Shown: positions 13,501 to 26,258 of the stretch, piece by piece
Position numbering within the stretch: the stretch's first letter is position 1
Layout of the letters: each line of letters begins with the position of its first letter
Assembly (NCBI GenBank): GCA_032718475.1
Contig: JAUCBJ010000616.1
Location: forward strand, 1 to 48,589
DNA: 48,589 nucleotides
Reading direction: 5' to 3'
From: Nemertoderma westbladi
Taxonomy: Eukaryota > Animalia > Xenacoelomorpha
Notes under the pieces: model-generated
Seen by the model: the letters and a program-made list of their open reading frames with translations, nothing else
Told to the model about the DNA's origin: nothing
Databases searched by the model: none
Translations under genes and position numbers: made by a program

Positions 13501-16500
13501 TCTACTCACCTGTTTCGACCAATCACAATGTTTCTACTCACCTGTTTCGACCAATCACAATGTTTCTACTCACCTGTTTCGACCAATCACAATGTTTCAA
13601 CTCACCTGTTTCGACCAATCACAATGTTTCTACTCACCTATTTCGACCAATCACAATGTTTCTACTCACCTGTTTCGACTAATCACAATGTTTCTACTCA
13701 CCTGTTTCGACCAATCACAATGTTTCAACTCACCTGTTTCGACCAATCACAATGTTTCTACTCACCTGTTTCGACCAATCACAATGTTTCAACTCACCTG
13801 TTTCGACCAATCACAATGTTTCAACTCACCTGTTTCGACCAATCACAATGTTTCTACTCACATGTTTCGACCAATCACAATGTTTCTACTCACCTATTTT
13901 GACCAATCACAATGTTTCAACTCACCTATTTCGACCAATCACAATGTTTCAACTCACCTATTTCGACCAATCACAATGTTTCTACTCACCTATTTCGACC
14001 AATCACAATGTTTCTACTCACCTGTTTCGACCAATCACAATGTTTCTACTCACCTATTTCGACCAATCGCAATGTTTCTACTCACCTATTTCGACCAATC
14101 GCAATGTTTCTACTCACCTGTTTCGACCAATCACAATGTTTCTACTCACCTGTTTCGACCAATCACAATGTTTCAACTCACCTGTTTCGACCAATCACAA
14201 TGTTTCTACTCACCTGTTTCGACCAATCACAATGTTTCAACTCACCTGTTTCGACCAATCACAATGTTTCAACTCACCTGTTTCGACCAATCACAATGTT
14301 TCTACTCACATGTTTCGACCAATCACAATGTTTCTACTCACCTATTTTGACCAATCACAATGTTTCAACTCACCTATTTCGACCAATCACAATGTTTCAA
14401 CTCACCTATTTCGACCAATCACAATGTTTCTACTCACCTATTTCGACCAATCACAATGTTTCTACTCACCTGTTTCGACCAATCACAATGTTTCTACTCA
14501 CCTATTTCGACCAATCGCAATGTTTCTACTCACCTATTTCGACCAATCGCAATGTTTCTACTCACCTGTTTCGACCAATCACAATGTTTCTACTCACCTG
14601 TTTCGACCAATCACAATGTTTCAACTCACCTGTTTCGACCAATCACAATGTTTCTACTCACCTGTTTCGACCAATCACAATGTTTCAACTCACCTGTTTC
14701 GACCAATCACAATGTTTCTACTCACCTGTTTCGACCAATCACAATGTTTCAACTCACCTGTTTCGACCAATCACAATGTTTCTACTCACCTATTTCGACC
14801 AATCACAATGTTTCTACTCACCTGTTTCGACCAATCACAATGTTTCAACTCACCTGTTTCGACCAATCACAATGTTTCTACTCACCTATTTCGACCAATC
14901 ACAATGTTTCTACTCACCTATTTCGACCAATCACAATGTTTCAACTCACCTGTTTCGACCAATCACAATGTTTCTACTCACCTGTTTCGTCCAATCACAA
15001 TGTTTCTACTCACCTGTTTCGACCAATCACAATGTTTCTACTCACCTGTTTCGACCAATCACAATGTTTCTACTCACCTATTTCGACCAATCACAATGTT
15101 TCAACTCACCTGTTTCGACCAATCACAATGTTTCTACTCACCTGTTTCGACCAATCACAATGTTTCTACTCACCTATTTCGACCAATCACAATGTTTCAA
15201 CTCACCTGTTTCGACCAATCACAATGTTTCTACTCACCTGTTTCGTCCAATCACAATGTTTCTACTCACCTATTTCGACCAATCACAATGTTTCTACTCA
15301 CCTATTTCGACCAATCACAATGTTTCTACTCACCTGTTTTGACCAATCGCAATGTTTCTACTAACCTGTTTCGACCAATCACAATGTTTCTACTCACCTG
15401 TTTTGACCAATCGCAATGTTTCTACTAACCTGTTTCGACCAATCACAATGTTTCTACTCACCTGTTTCGACCAATCACAATGTTTCTACTCACCTATTTC
15501 GACCAATCACAATGTTTCTACTCACCTGTTTCGACCAATCACAATGTTTCAACTCACCTGTTTCGACCAATCACAATGTTTCTACTCACCTGTTTCGACC
15601 AATCACAATGTTTCTACTCACCTATTTCGACCAATCACAATGTTTCAACTCACCTGTTTCGACCAATCACAATGTTTCTACTCACCTGTTTCGTCCAATC
15701 ACAATGTTTCTACTCACCTATTTCGACCAATCACAATGTTTCTACTCACCTATTTCGACCAATCACAATGTTTCTACTCACCTGTTTTGACCAATCGCAA
15801 TGTTTCTACTAACCTGTTTCGACCAATCACAATGTTTCTACTCACCTGTTTTGACCAATCGCAATGTTTCTACTCACCTATTTCGACCAATCACAATGTT
15901 TCTACTCACCTGTTTTGACCAATCGCAATGTTTCTACTAACCTGTTTCGACCAATCACAATGTTTCTACTCACCTGTTTTGACCAATCGCAATGTTTCTA
16001 CTAACCTGTTTCGACCAATCACAATGTTTCTACTCACCTGTTTCGACCAATCACAATGTTTCTACTCACCTATTTCGACCAATCACAATGTTTCTACTCA
16101 CCTGTTTCGACCAATCACAATGTTTCTACTCACCTGTTTTGACCAATCGCAATGTTTCTACTAACCTGTTTCGACCAATCACAATGTTTCTACTCACCTG
16201 TTTCGACCAATCACAATGTTTCTACTCACCTATTTCGACCAATCACAATGTTTCTACTCACCTGTTTCGACCAATCACAATGTTTCTACTCACCTATTTC
16301 GACCAATCACAATGTTTCTACTCACCTGTTTCGACCAATCACAATGTTTCTACTCACCTGTTTCGACCAATCACAATGTTTCTACTCACCTATTTTGACC
16401 AATCACAATGTTTCTACTCACCTATTTCGACCAATCACAATGTTTCTACTCACCTATTTCGACCAATCACAATGTTTCTACTCACCTGTTTCGACCAATC

Positions 16501-19500
16501 ACAATGTTTCTACTCACCTGTTTCGACCAATCACAATGTTTCTACTCACCTATTTCGACCAATCACAATGTTTCTACTCACCTGTTTCGACCAATCACAA
16601 TGTTTCTACTCACCTGTTTCGACCAATCACAATGTTTCTACTCACCTATTTTGACCAATCACAATGTTTCTACTCACCTATTTCGACCAATCACAATGTT
16701 TCTACTCACCTATTTCGACCAATCACAATGTTTCTACTCACCTATTTTGACCAATCACAATGTTTCTACTCACCTATTTCGACCAATCACAATGTTTCTA
16801 CTCACCTATTTCGACCAATCACAATGTTTCAACTCACCTGTTTCGACCAATCACAATGTTTCTACTCACCTATTTCGACCAATCACAATGTTTCTACTCA
16901 CCTATTTCGACCAATCACAATGTTTCTACTCACCTATTTCGACCAATCACAATGTTTCTACTCACCTATTTCGACCAATCACAATGTTTCTACTCACCTA
17001 TTTCGACCAATCACAATGTTTCAACTCACCTGTTTCGACCAATCACAATGTTTCTACTCACCTATTTCGACCAATCACAATGTTTCTACTCACCTATTTC
17101 GACCAATCACAATGTTTCTACTCACCTATTTCGACCAATCACAATGTTTCTACTCACCTGTTTCGACCAATCACAATGTTTCTACTCACCTATTTTGACC
17201 AATCACAATGTTTCTACTCACCTATTTCGACCAATCACAATGTTTCTACTCACCTATTTCGACCAATCACAATGTTTCAACTCACCTGTTTCGACCAATC
17301 ACAATGTTTCTACTCACCTATTTCGACCAATCACAATGTTTCAACTCACCTGTTTCGACCAATCACAATGTTTCTACTCACCTATTTCGACCAATCACAA
17401 TGTTTCTACTCACCTATTTCGACCAATCACAATGTTTCTACTCACCTATTTCGACCAATCACAATGTTTCTACTCACCTGTTTCGACCAATCACAATGTT
17501 TCTACTCACCTGTTTCGACCAATCACAATGTTTCAACTCACCTGTTTCGACCAATCACAATGTTTCTACTCACCTATTTCGACCAATCACAATGTTTCTA
17601 CTCACCTATTTCGACCAATCACAATGTTTCAACTCACCTGTTTCGACCAATCACAATGTTTCTACTCACCTATTTCGACCAATCACAATGTTTCTACTCA
17701 CCTATTTCGACCAATCACAATGTTTCAACTCACCTGTTTCGACCAATCACAATGTTTCTACTCACCTGTTTCGACCAATCACAATGTTTCTACTCACCTA
17801 TTTCGACCAATCACAATGTTTCTACTCACCTATTTCGACCAATCACAATGTTTCAACTCACCTGTTTCGACCAATCACAATGTTTCTACTCACCTGTTTC
17901 GACCAATCACAATGTTTCTACTCACCTGTTTCGACCAATCACAATGTTTCTACTCACCTATTTCGACCAATCACAATGTTTCTACTCACCTGTTTCGACC
18001 AATCACAATGTTTCTACTCACCTGTTTCGACCAATCACAATGTTTCTACTCACCTGTTTCGACCAATCACAATGTTTCTACTCACCTATTTCGACCAATC
18101 ACAATGTTTCTACTCACCTGTTTCGACCAATCACAATGTTTCTACTCACCTGTTTCGACCAATCACAATGTTTCTACTCACCTGTTTCGACCAATCACAA
18201 TGTTTCTACTCACCTATTTCGACCAATCACAATGTTTCTACTAACCTGTTTCGACCAATCACAATGTTTCTACTCACCTGTTTTGACCAATCGCAATGTT
18301 TCTACTAACCTGTTTCGACCAATCACAATGTTTCTACTCACCTGTTTCGACCAATCACAATGTTTCTACTCACCTATTTCGACCAATCACAATGTTTCTA
18401 CTCACCTGTTTCGACCAATCACAATGTTTCTACTCACCTGTTTTGACCAATCGCAATGTTTCTACTAACCTGTTTCGACCAATCACAATGTTTCTACTCA
18501 CCTGTTTCGACCAATCACAATGTTTCTACTCACCTATTTCGACCAATCACAATGTTTCTACTCACCTGTTTCGACCAATCACAATGTTTCTACTCACCTA
18601 TTTCGACCAATCACAATGTTTCTACTCACCTGTTTCGACCAATCACAATGTTTCTACTCACCTGTTTCGACCAATCACAATGTTTCTACTCACCTATTTT
18701 GACCAATCACAATGTTTCTACTCACCTATTTCGACCAATCACAATGTTTCTACTCACCTATTTCGACCAATCACAATGTTTCTACTCACCTGTTTCGACC
18801 AATCACAATGTTTCTACTCACCTGTTTCGACCAATCACAATGTTTCTACTCACCTATTTCGACCAATCACAATGTTTCTACTCACCTGTTTCGACCAATC
18901 ACAATGTTTCTACTCACCTGTTTCGACCAATCACAATGTTTCTACTCACCTATTTTGACCAATCACAATGTTTCTACTCACCTATTTCGACCAATCACAA
19001 TGTTTCTACTCACCTATTTCGACCAATCACAATGTTTCTACTCACCTATTTTCGACCAATCACAATGTTTCTACTCACCTATTTCGACCAATCACAATGT
19101 TTCTACTCACCTATTTCGACCAATCACAATGTTTCAACTCACCTGTTTCGACCAATCACAATGTTTCTACTCACCTATTTCGACCAATCACAATGTTTCT
19201 ACTCACCTATTTCGACCAATCACAATGTTTCTACTCACCTATTTCGACCAATCACAATGTTTCTACTCACCTATTTCGACCAATCACAATGTTTCTACTC
19301 ACCTATTTCGACCAATCACAATGTTTCAACTCACCTGTTTCGACCAATCACAATGTTTCTACTCACCTATTTCGACCAATCACAATGTTTCTACTCACCT
19401 ATTTCGACCAATCACAATGTTTCTACTCACCTATTTCGACCAATCACAATGTTTCTACTCACCTGTTTCGACCAATCACAATGTTTCTACTCACCTATTT

Positions 19501-22250
19501 TGACCAATCACAATGTTTCTACTCACCTATTTCGACCAATCACAATGTTTCTACTCACCTATTTCGACCAATCACAATGTTTCAACTCACCTGTTTCGAC
19601 CAATCACAATGTTTCTACTCACCTATTTCGACCAATCACAATGTTTCAACTCACCTGTTTCGACCAATCACAATGTTTCTACTCACCTATTTCGACCAAT
19701 CACAATGTTTCTACTCACCTATTTCGACCAATCACAATGTTTCTACTCACCTATTTCGACCAATCACAATGTTTCTACTCACCTGTTTCGACCAATCACA
19801 ATGTTTCTACTCACCTGTTTCGACCAATCACAATGTTTCAACTCACCTGTTTCGACCAATCACAATGTTTCTACTCACCTATTTCGACCAATCACAATGT
19901 TTCTACTCACCTATTTCGACCAATCACAATGTTTCAACTCACCTGTTTCGACCAATCACAATGTTTCTACTCACCTATTTCGACCAATCACAATGTTTCT
20001 ACTCACCTATTTCGACCAATCACAATGTTTCAACTCACCTGTTTCGACCAATCACAATGTTTCTACTCACCTGTTTCGACCAATCACAATGTTTCTACTC
20101 ACCTATTTCGACCAATCACAATGTTTCTACTCACCTATTTCGACCAATCACAATGTTTCAACTCACCTGTTTCGACCAATCACAATGTTTCTACTCACCT
20201 GTTTCGACCAATCACAATGTTTCTACTCACCTGTTTCGACCAATCACAATGTTTCTACTCACCTATTTCGACCAATCACAATGTTTCTACTCACCTGTTT
20301 CGACCAATCACAATGTTTCTACTCACCTGTTTCGACCAATCACAATGTTTCTACTCACCTGTTTCGACCAATCACAATGTTTCTACTCACCTATTTCGAC
20401 CAATCACAATGTTTCTACTCACCTGTTTCGACCAATCACAATGTTTCTACTCACCTGTTTCGACCAATCACAATGTTTCTACTCACCTGTTTCGACCAAT
20501 CACAATGTTTCTACTCACCTGTTTCGACCAATCACAATGTTTCTACTCACCTGTTTCGACCAATCACAATGTTTCTACTCACCTATTTCGACCAATCACA
20601 ATGTTTCTACTCACCTGTTTCGACCAATCACAATGTTTCTACTCACCTGTTTCGACCAATCACAATGTTTCTACTCACCTATTTCGACCAATCACAATGT
20701 TTCTACTCACCTGTTTCGACCAATCACAATGTTTCTACTCACCTATTTCGACCAATCACAATGTTTCTACTCACCTATTTCGACCAATCACAATGTTTCT
20801 ACTCACCTGTTTCGACCAATCACAATGTTTCTACTCACCTGTTTCGACCAATCACAATGTTTCTACTCACCTATTTCGACCAATCACAATGTTTCTACTC
20901 ACCTATTTCGACCAATCACAATGTTTCTACTCACCTGTTTCGACCAATCACAATGTTTCTACTCACCTGTTTCGACCAATCACAATGTTTCTACTCACCT
21001 ATTTCGACCAATCACAATGTTTCTACTCACCTATTTCGACCAATCACAATGTTTCTACTCACCTGTTTCGACCAATCACAATGTTTCTACTCACCTATTT
21101 CGACCAATCACAATGTTTCTACTCACCTATTTCGACCAATCACAATGTTTCTACTCACCTGTTTCGACCAATCACAATGTTTCTACTCACCTGTTTCGAC
21201 CAATCACAATGTTTCTACTCACCTATTTCGACCAATCACAATGTTTCTACTCACCTATTTCGACCAATCACAATGTTTCTACTCACCTATTTCGACCAAT
21301 CACAATGTTTCTACTCACCTGTTTCGACCAATCACAATGTTTCTACTCACCTGTTTCGACCAATCACAATGTTTCTACTCACCTATTTCGACCAATCACA
21401 ATGTTTCTACTCACCTATTTCGACCAATCACAATGTTTCTACTCACCTGTTTCGACCAATCACAATGTTTCTACTCACCTATTTCGACCAATCACAATGT
21501 TTCTACTCACCTGTTTCGACCAATCACAATGTTTCTACTCACCTATTTCGACCAATCACAATGTTTCTACTCACCTATTTCGACCAATCACAATGTTTCT
21601 ACTCACCTATTTCGACCAATCACAATGTTTCTACTCACCTGTTTCGACCAATCACAATGTTTCTACTCACCTGTTTCGACCAATCACAATGTTTCTACTC
21701 ACCTATTTCGACCAATCACAATGTTTCTACTCACCTATTTCGACCAATCACAATGTTTCTACTCACCTGTTTCGACCAATCACAATGTTTCTACTCACCT
21801 GTTTCGACCAATCACAATGTTTCTACTCACCTATTTCGACCAATCACAATGTTTCTACTCACCTATTTCGACCAATCACAATGTTTCTACTCACCTATTT
21901 CGACCAATCACAATGTTTCTACTCACCTGTATCGACCAATCACAATGTTTCAACTCACCTGTTTCGACCAATCACAATGTTTCTACTCACCTATTTCGAC
22001 CAATCGCAATGTTTCTACTCACCTATTTCGACCAATCGCAATGTTTCTACTCACCTATTTCGACCAATCGCAATGTTTCTACTCACCTGTATCGACCAAT
22101 CACAATGTTTCAACTCACCTGTTTCGACCAATCACAATGTTTCTACTCACCTATTTCGACCAATCGCAATGTTTCTACTCACCTATTTCGACCAATCACA
22201 ATGTTTCTACTCACCTATTTCGACCAATCGCAATGTTTCTACTCACCTGT
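1592..22250. repeat. 32-bp satellite AATGTTTCTACTCACCTGTTTCGACCAATCAC, ~645 copies, 20.7 kb, filling intron 1479-22246
   Basis: Strict 32-bp period with a small set of recurring SNP variants and one 1-bp insertion near 19050. On the minus strand the unit contains CAG|GTGAGT. Confidence 0.99.
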
Positions 22251-22576
22251 AGATCTGTTTCTTTCTGTTTCTTTTAACAACGATTTTCCAGGGACCGCAT
22301 TACGATGACTCATCACAGGAAGTTGTTGAGTTGAAGAAGAAGAGTCGAGATTGAGTTGATAGCTTTGGGATAAATCGACGACGAAATCCGAGTGACTGGG
22401 CGAAGAGCGTTTACCTCCGGGGCGAATGGGCGAGAGGTGTTTACTGTGTCTGGAGGAGTGTTTCGAGGGATTTGGCGAGATCCGGTAATCGGAATCCGGC
22501 TCTCTATATGGAGATTCCGGATTACCGCCGAGTCGCTGTTTGCGACGCTTAAACGAACAATACGAATCATCGAGAT
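22247..22576 (-). CDS. Coding exon 5; (D)LDDSYCSFKRRKQRLGGNPESPY...KETERNRST; Ser/Pro-rich with a basic NLS-like KRRKQR
   Basis: Acceptor ttttaatttcgatgttcgcag| at 22578-22577; donor CAG|gtgagt at 22246. 330 nt, phase 1/1, open frame (track ORF 22239..22586). Confidence 0.88.
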
Positions 22577-23017
22577 CTGCGAACATCGAAATTAAAATTA
22601 TTTGAACTTACAGTTACTTTTAATTTTCATATATATATTTTTTAAATAATCCTAAACAACACATACAAAGTTTACAAGCCTTACTAAGTAAACTTAATTA
22701 CTTTATCAAACCTAAAGACTGATTTGTGTGACTCCTTATTGTATTTCATATAATAATTGAATGATTATTGAACAATTATTATATACCGGGTATATATAAT
22801 TGACAAACTAAAGTTGAAGTTGATATTAATAAAGTTGATTAAAAAAGGCGGCAAAATATACAGAATAAATATGAGATGAAAAGGGGTGCGAAACGAAGCA
22901 AAAATTGGCAATTCGAAAACCGAAAACAGACGTCCAGTATAAAATTCGTCATGATTTTATTAATTATCTGGTTTGTTACGAGATATTTTTGAATTTAGTC
23001 AAACGGTACTGATATGA

Positions 23018-23306
23018 TAATATTGTAATGACGTTATTAATATTGTAATGACGTTATTAATATTGTAATGACGTCATTAATATTGTAATGACGTTATTAA
23101 TATTGTAATGACGTTATTAATATTGTAATGACGTTATTAATATTGTAATGACGTTATTAATATTGTAATGACGTTATTAATATTGTAATGACGTCATTAA
23201 TATTGTAACGACGTCATTAATATTGTAACGACGTCATTAATATTGTAATGACGTCATTAATATTGTAATGACGTCATTAATATTGTAACGACGTCATTAA
23301 TATTGT
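23018..23306. repeat. 20-bp minisatellite TAATATTGTAATGACGT(T/C)AT, ~14 copies
   Basis: Direct reading. The C variant forms the 14-bp palindrome TAATGACGTCATTA. Confidence 0.95.
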
Positions 23307-23345
23307 TATGAAAATAACCAGCGTCTCTATGATTTATTATACACT

Positions 23346-25752
23346 AAGTTGGGCCTTCGCGCACCACGTGCCATAAAATTATGTTAAGTTTCAACTCGAC
23401 AAGAATAAAGTAAAATCTAAGCAGATGTTATACCTATTAGGTTTATTCACTAGCGGCAGATACCTGAAGTCGATTTAACTAGAATATAGGACAACCAGGA
23501 AGAGGATATAAACAAGGAAATTGTTGGTTTTAATTTCAGATATTTCTAAAATGTTTAATTTCAACCCCCTAGCGGTAGACTGGAGAACTGCGGAGGGATC
23601 CCCACAAAGACGCTGCCTATGGGTGGTCTATAAGTTTCGGATAACAAATAACTAGTGGCACCCACTAGTGGCAAACTATACGGAACTGCAGACCGATGAG
23701 CCTCCTACGGAACTGCAGACCGATGAGCCTCCTACGGAACTGCAGACCGATGAGCCTCCTACGGAACTGCAGACCGATGAGCCTCCTACGGAACTGCAGA
23801 CCGATGAGCCTCCTACGGAACTGCAGACCGATGAGCCTCCTACGGAACTGCAGACCGATGAGCCTCCTACGGAACTGCAGACCGATGAGCCTCCTACGGA
23901 ACTGCAGACCGATGAGCTTCCTACGGAACTGCAGACCGATGAGCCTCCTACGGAACTGCAGACCGATGAGCCTCCTACGGAACTGCAGACCGATGAGCCT
24001 CCTACGGAACTGCAGACCGATGAGCCTCCTACGGAACTGCAGACCGATGAGCCTCCTACGGAACTGCAGACCGATGAGCCCCCTACGGAACTGCAGACCG
24101 ATGAGCCTCCTACGGAACTGCAGACCGATGAGCCTCCTACGGAACTGCAGACCGATGAGCTTCCTACGGAACTGCAGACCGATGAGCCTCCTACGGAACT
24201 GCAGACCGATGAGCCTCCTACGGAACTGCAGACCGATGAGCCTCCTACGGAACTGCAGACCGATGAGCCTCCTACGGAACTGCAGACCGATGAGCCTCCT
24301 ACGGAACTGCAGACCGATGAGCCTCCTACGGAACTGCAGACCGATGAGCCTCCTACGGAACTGCAGACCGATGAGCCTCCTACGGAACTGCAGACCGATG
24401 AGCCTCCTACGGAACTGCAGACCGATGAGCTTCCTACGGAACTGCAGACCGATGAGCCTCCTACGGAACTGCAGACCGATGAGCCCCCTACGGAACTGCA
24501 GACCGATGAGCCTCCTACGGAACTGCAGACCGATGAGCTTCCTACGGAACTGCAGACCGATGAGCCTCCTACGGAACTGCAGACCGATGAGCCTCCTACG
24601 GAACTGCAGACCGATGAGCCTCCTACGGAACTGCAGACCGATGAGCCTCCTACGGAACTGCAGACCGATGAGCCTCCTACGGAACTGCAGACCGATGAGC
24701 CTCCTACGGAACTGCAGACCGATGAGCTTCCTACGGAACTGCAGACCGATGAGCCTCCTACGGAACTGCAGACCGATGAGCCTCCTACGGAACTGCAGAC
24801 CGATGAGCCTCCTACGGAACTGCAGACCGATGAGCCTCCTACGGAACTGCAGACCGATGAGCCTCCTACGGAACTGCAGACCGATGAGCCTCCTACGGAA
24901 CTGCAGACCGATGAGCCTCCTACGGAACTGCAGACCGATGAGCCCCCTACGGAACTGCAGACCGATGAGCCTCCTACGGAACTGCAGACCGATGAGCCCC
25001 CTACGGAACTGCAGACCGATGAGCCTCCTACGGAACTGCAGACCGATGAGCCTCCTACGGAACTGCAGACCGATGAGCCTCCTACGGAACTGCAGACCGA
25101 TGAGCTTCCTACGGAACTGCAGACCGATGAGCCCCCTACGGAACTGCAGACCGATGAGCCCCCTACGGAACTGCAGACCGATGAGCCTCCTACGGAACTG
25201 CAGACCGATGAGCCTCCTACGGAACTGCAGACCGATGAGCTTCCTACGGAACTGCAGACCGATGAGCCTCCTACGGAACTGCAGACCGATGAGCCTCCTA
25301 CGGAACTGCAGACCGATGAGCCTCCTACGGAACTGCAGACCGATGAGCCTCCTACGGAACTGCAGACCGATGAGCCTCCTACGGAACTGCAGACCGATGA
25401 GCCTCCTTTATCCTAGCCCTCCTAGCCCTCCTAGCCTTTGAATGACACAGCTAATTGTCTAGTACAAATGTGCCAAGTTTTTAGCTTAAACGGGTTAAAA
25501 GCAAAGAACTGAGAGGATATTTAATGTTTGGACATGTATCCCTCTAGAGGGAGACTGTTAAACTGATGGTGTCTGAAAGTCTCTCAAAAATCGCAACTTT
25601 TGGAATTATTTATGCCCAGAAAATTTCAACTCGACAGCTTTAAATCCGACAAAGTTATTAGCATGTCAAAATGGTAACGACACAGACAACGACAACTATT
25701 TGCCATTGGTCCACCCCTTAACAGTGTCAGTTCGCGAAAGCTCCGCCAACTT
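23346..25752. mobile_element. Possible non-autonomous DNA element (MITE or Helentron/HINE-like) enclosing the 27-bp array
   Basis: Imperfect inverted repeats AAGTTGGGCCTTCGCG (23346-23361) and CGCGAAAGCTCCGCCAACTT (25733-25752). TTTCAACTCGACA occurs near both 23388 and 25623, diverged CTAG.GG motifs flank the array, and ACAGACAACGACAAC lies near the right end. No transposase and no clear TSD. Confidence 0.3.
23679..25407. repeat. 27-bp minisatellite TACGGAACTGCAGACCGATGAGCCTCC, ~64 copies
   Basis: 27-bp period, only two recurring variants (gagcttcc, gagccccc). Lies in intron 22577-25781. Confidence 0.98.
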
Positions 25753-25781
25753 CGTGACTCGCCCCACCATGTAACACTAAC

Positions 25782-26215
25782 CTGGAGACTTTCTAACATT
25801 GTTTTGACTTTTAAGACTTTCTCTGCGACACATGAGTTTCAGTCGTTCCTTAATGGGCCGACCGGAACTGCTTTCCGATATGACATCATCTGCGGAAGCG
25901 TAATCCTCGTCGCTCATGACGTCAGCACCGGTTGCTAGGCTATCGGAAGAGCCGGCCCGTAGGTGAAGCGAAACCAGTTCCAATCCGATAGACCTCAGGA
26001 ATATATGTTTAGCTGAGTCTGTAGTGTCGGGTCGAGAGGGATGCTGGCGTCCTGACCGGAAGTCTAGGTCGGCGCTGGCAGACTCCCGTCTACCGTCGAC
26101 CTCCAACTCGGAGCTTCGCGTTGCACGCACGGCAGACTTAGCCGATGTGGTCACGAATGAGTCGATTATCGACATACAATTGGGGCTCGATGACTCCATT
26201 TGTAAAACGGTCGAT
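25782..26215 (-). CDS. Coding exon 4; (K)STVLQMESSSPNC...DSAKHIFLRSIGLELVS...NNVRKSP
   Basis: Acceptor tatttttatttcatcag| at 26217-26216; donor CAG|gttagt at 25781. 434 nt, phase 2/1, open frame. K..FL..IGL resembles the K..FL..FGL motif of GSE1-type proteins (recalled). Confidence 0.88.
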
Positions 26216-26258
26216 CTGATGAAATAAAAATACGAATAAGTTGCAAAGGTAACAAAAC

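Noticed and set aside
1592-22250. Classical recursive-splicing ratchet points (AG|GT in every unit)
   Set aside because: The AG is preceded by purine-rich GATTGGTCGAAAC with no polypyrimidine tract, so the acceptor half is unsupported. Only the donor half is reported.
1581-22308. Dozens of long plus-strand ORFs (MFLLTCFDQSQCFYSPVSTNHNVSTHLFRPIT)n up to 1273 aa
   Set aside because: The 32-bp consensus lacks plus-strand stops, so all three frames are open and give the same peptide. The ORFs are antisense within an intron and broken at random by SNP variants.
23668-25416. 582-aa (TELQTDEPP)n ORF resembling a mucin or surface repeat protein
   Set aside because: It has a GTG start, no signal peptide or unique domain, almost no synonymous variation, a second frame that is equally open, and lies antisense in an intron.
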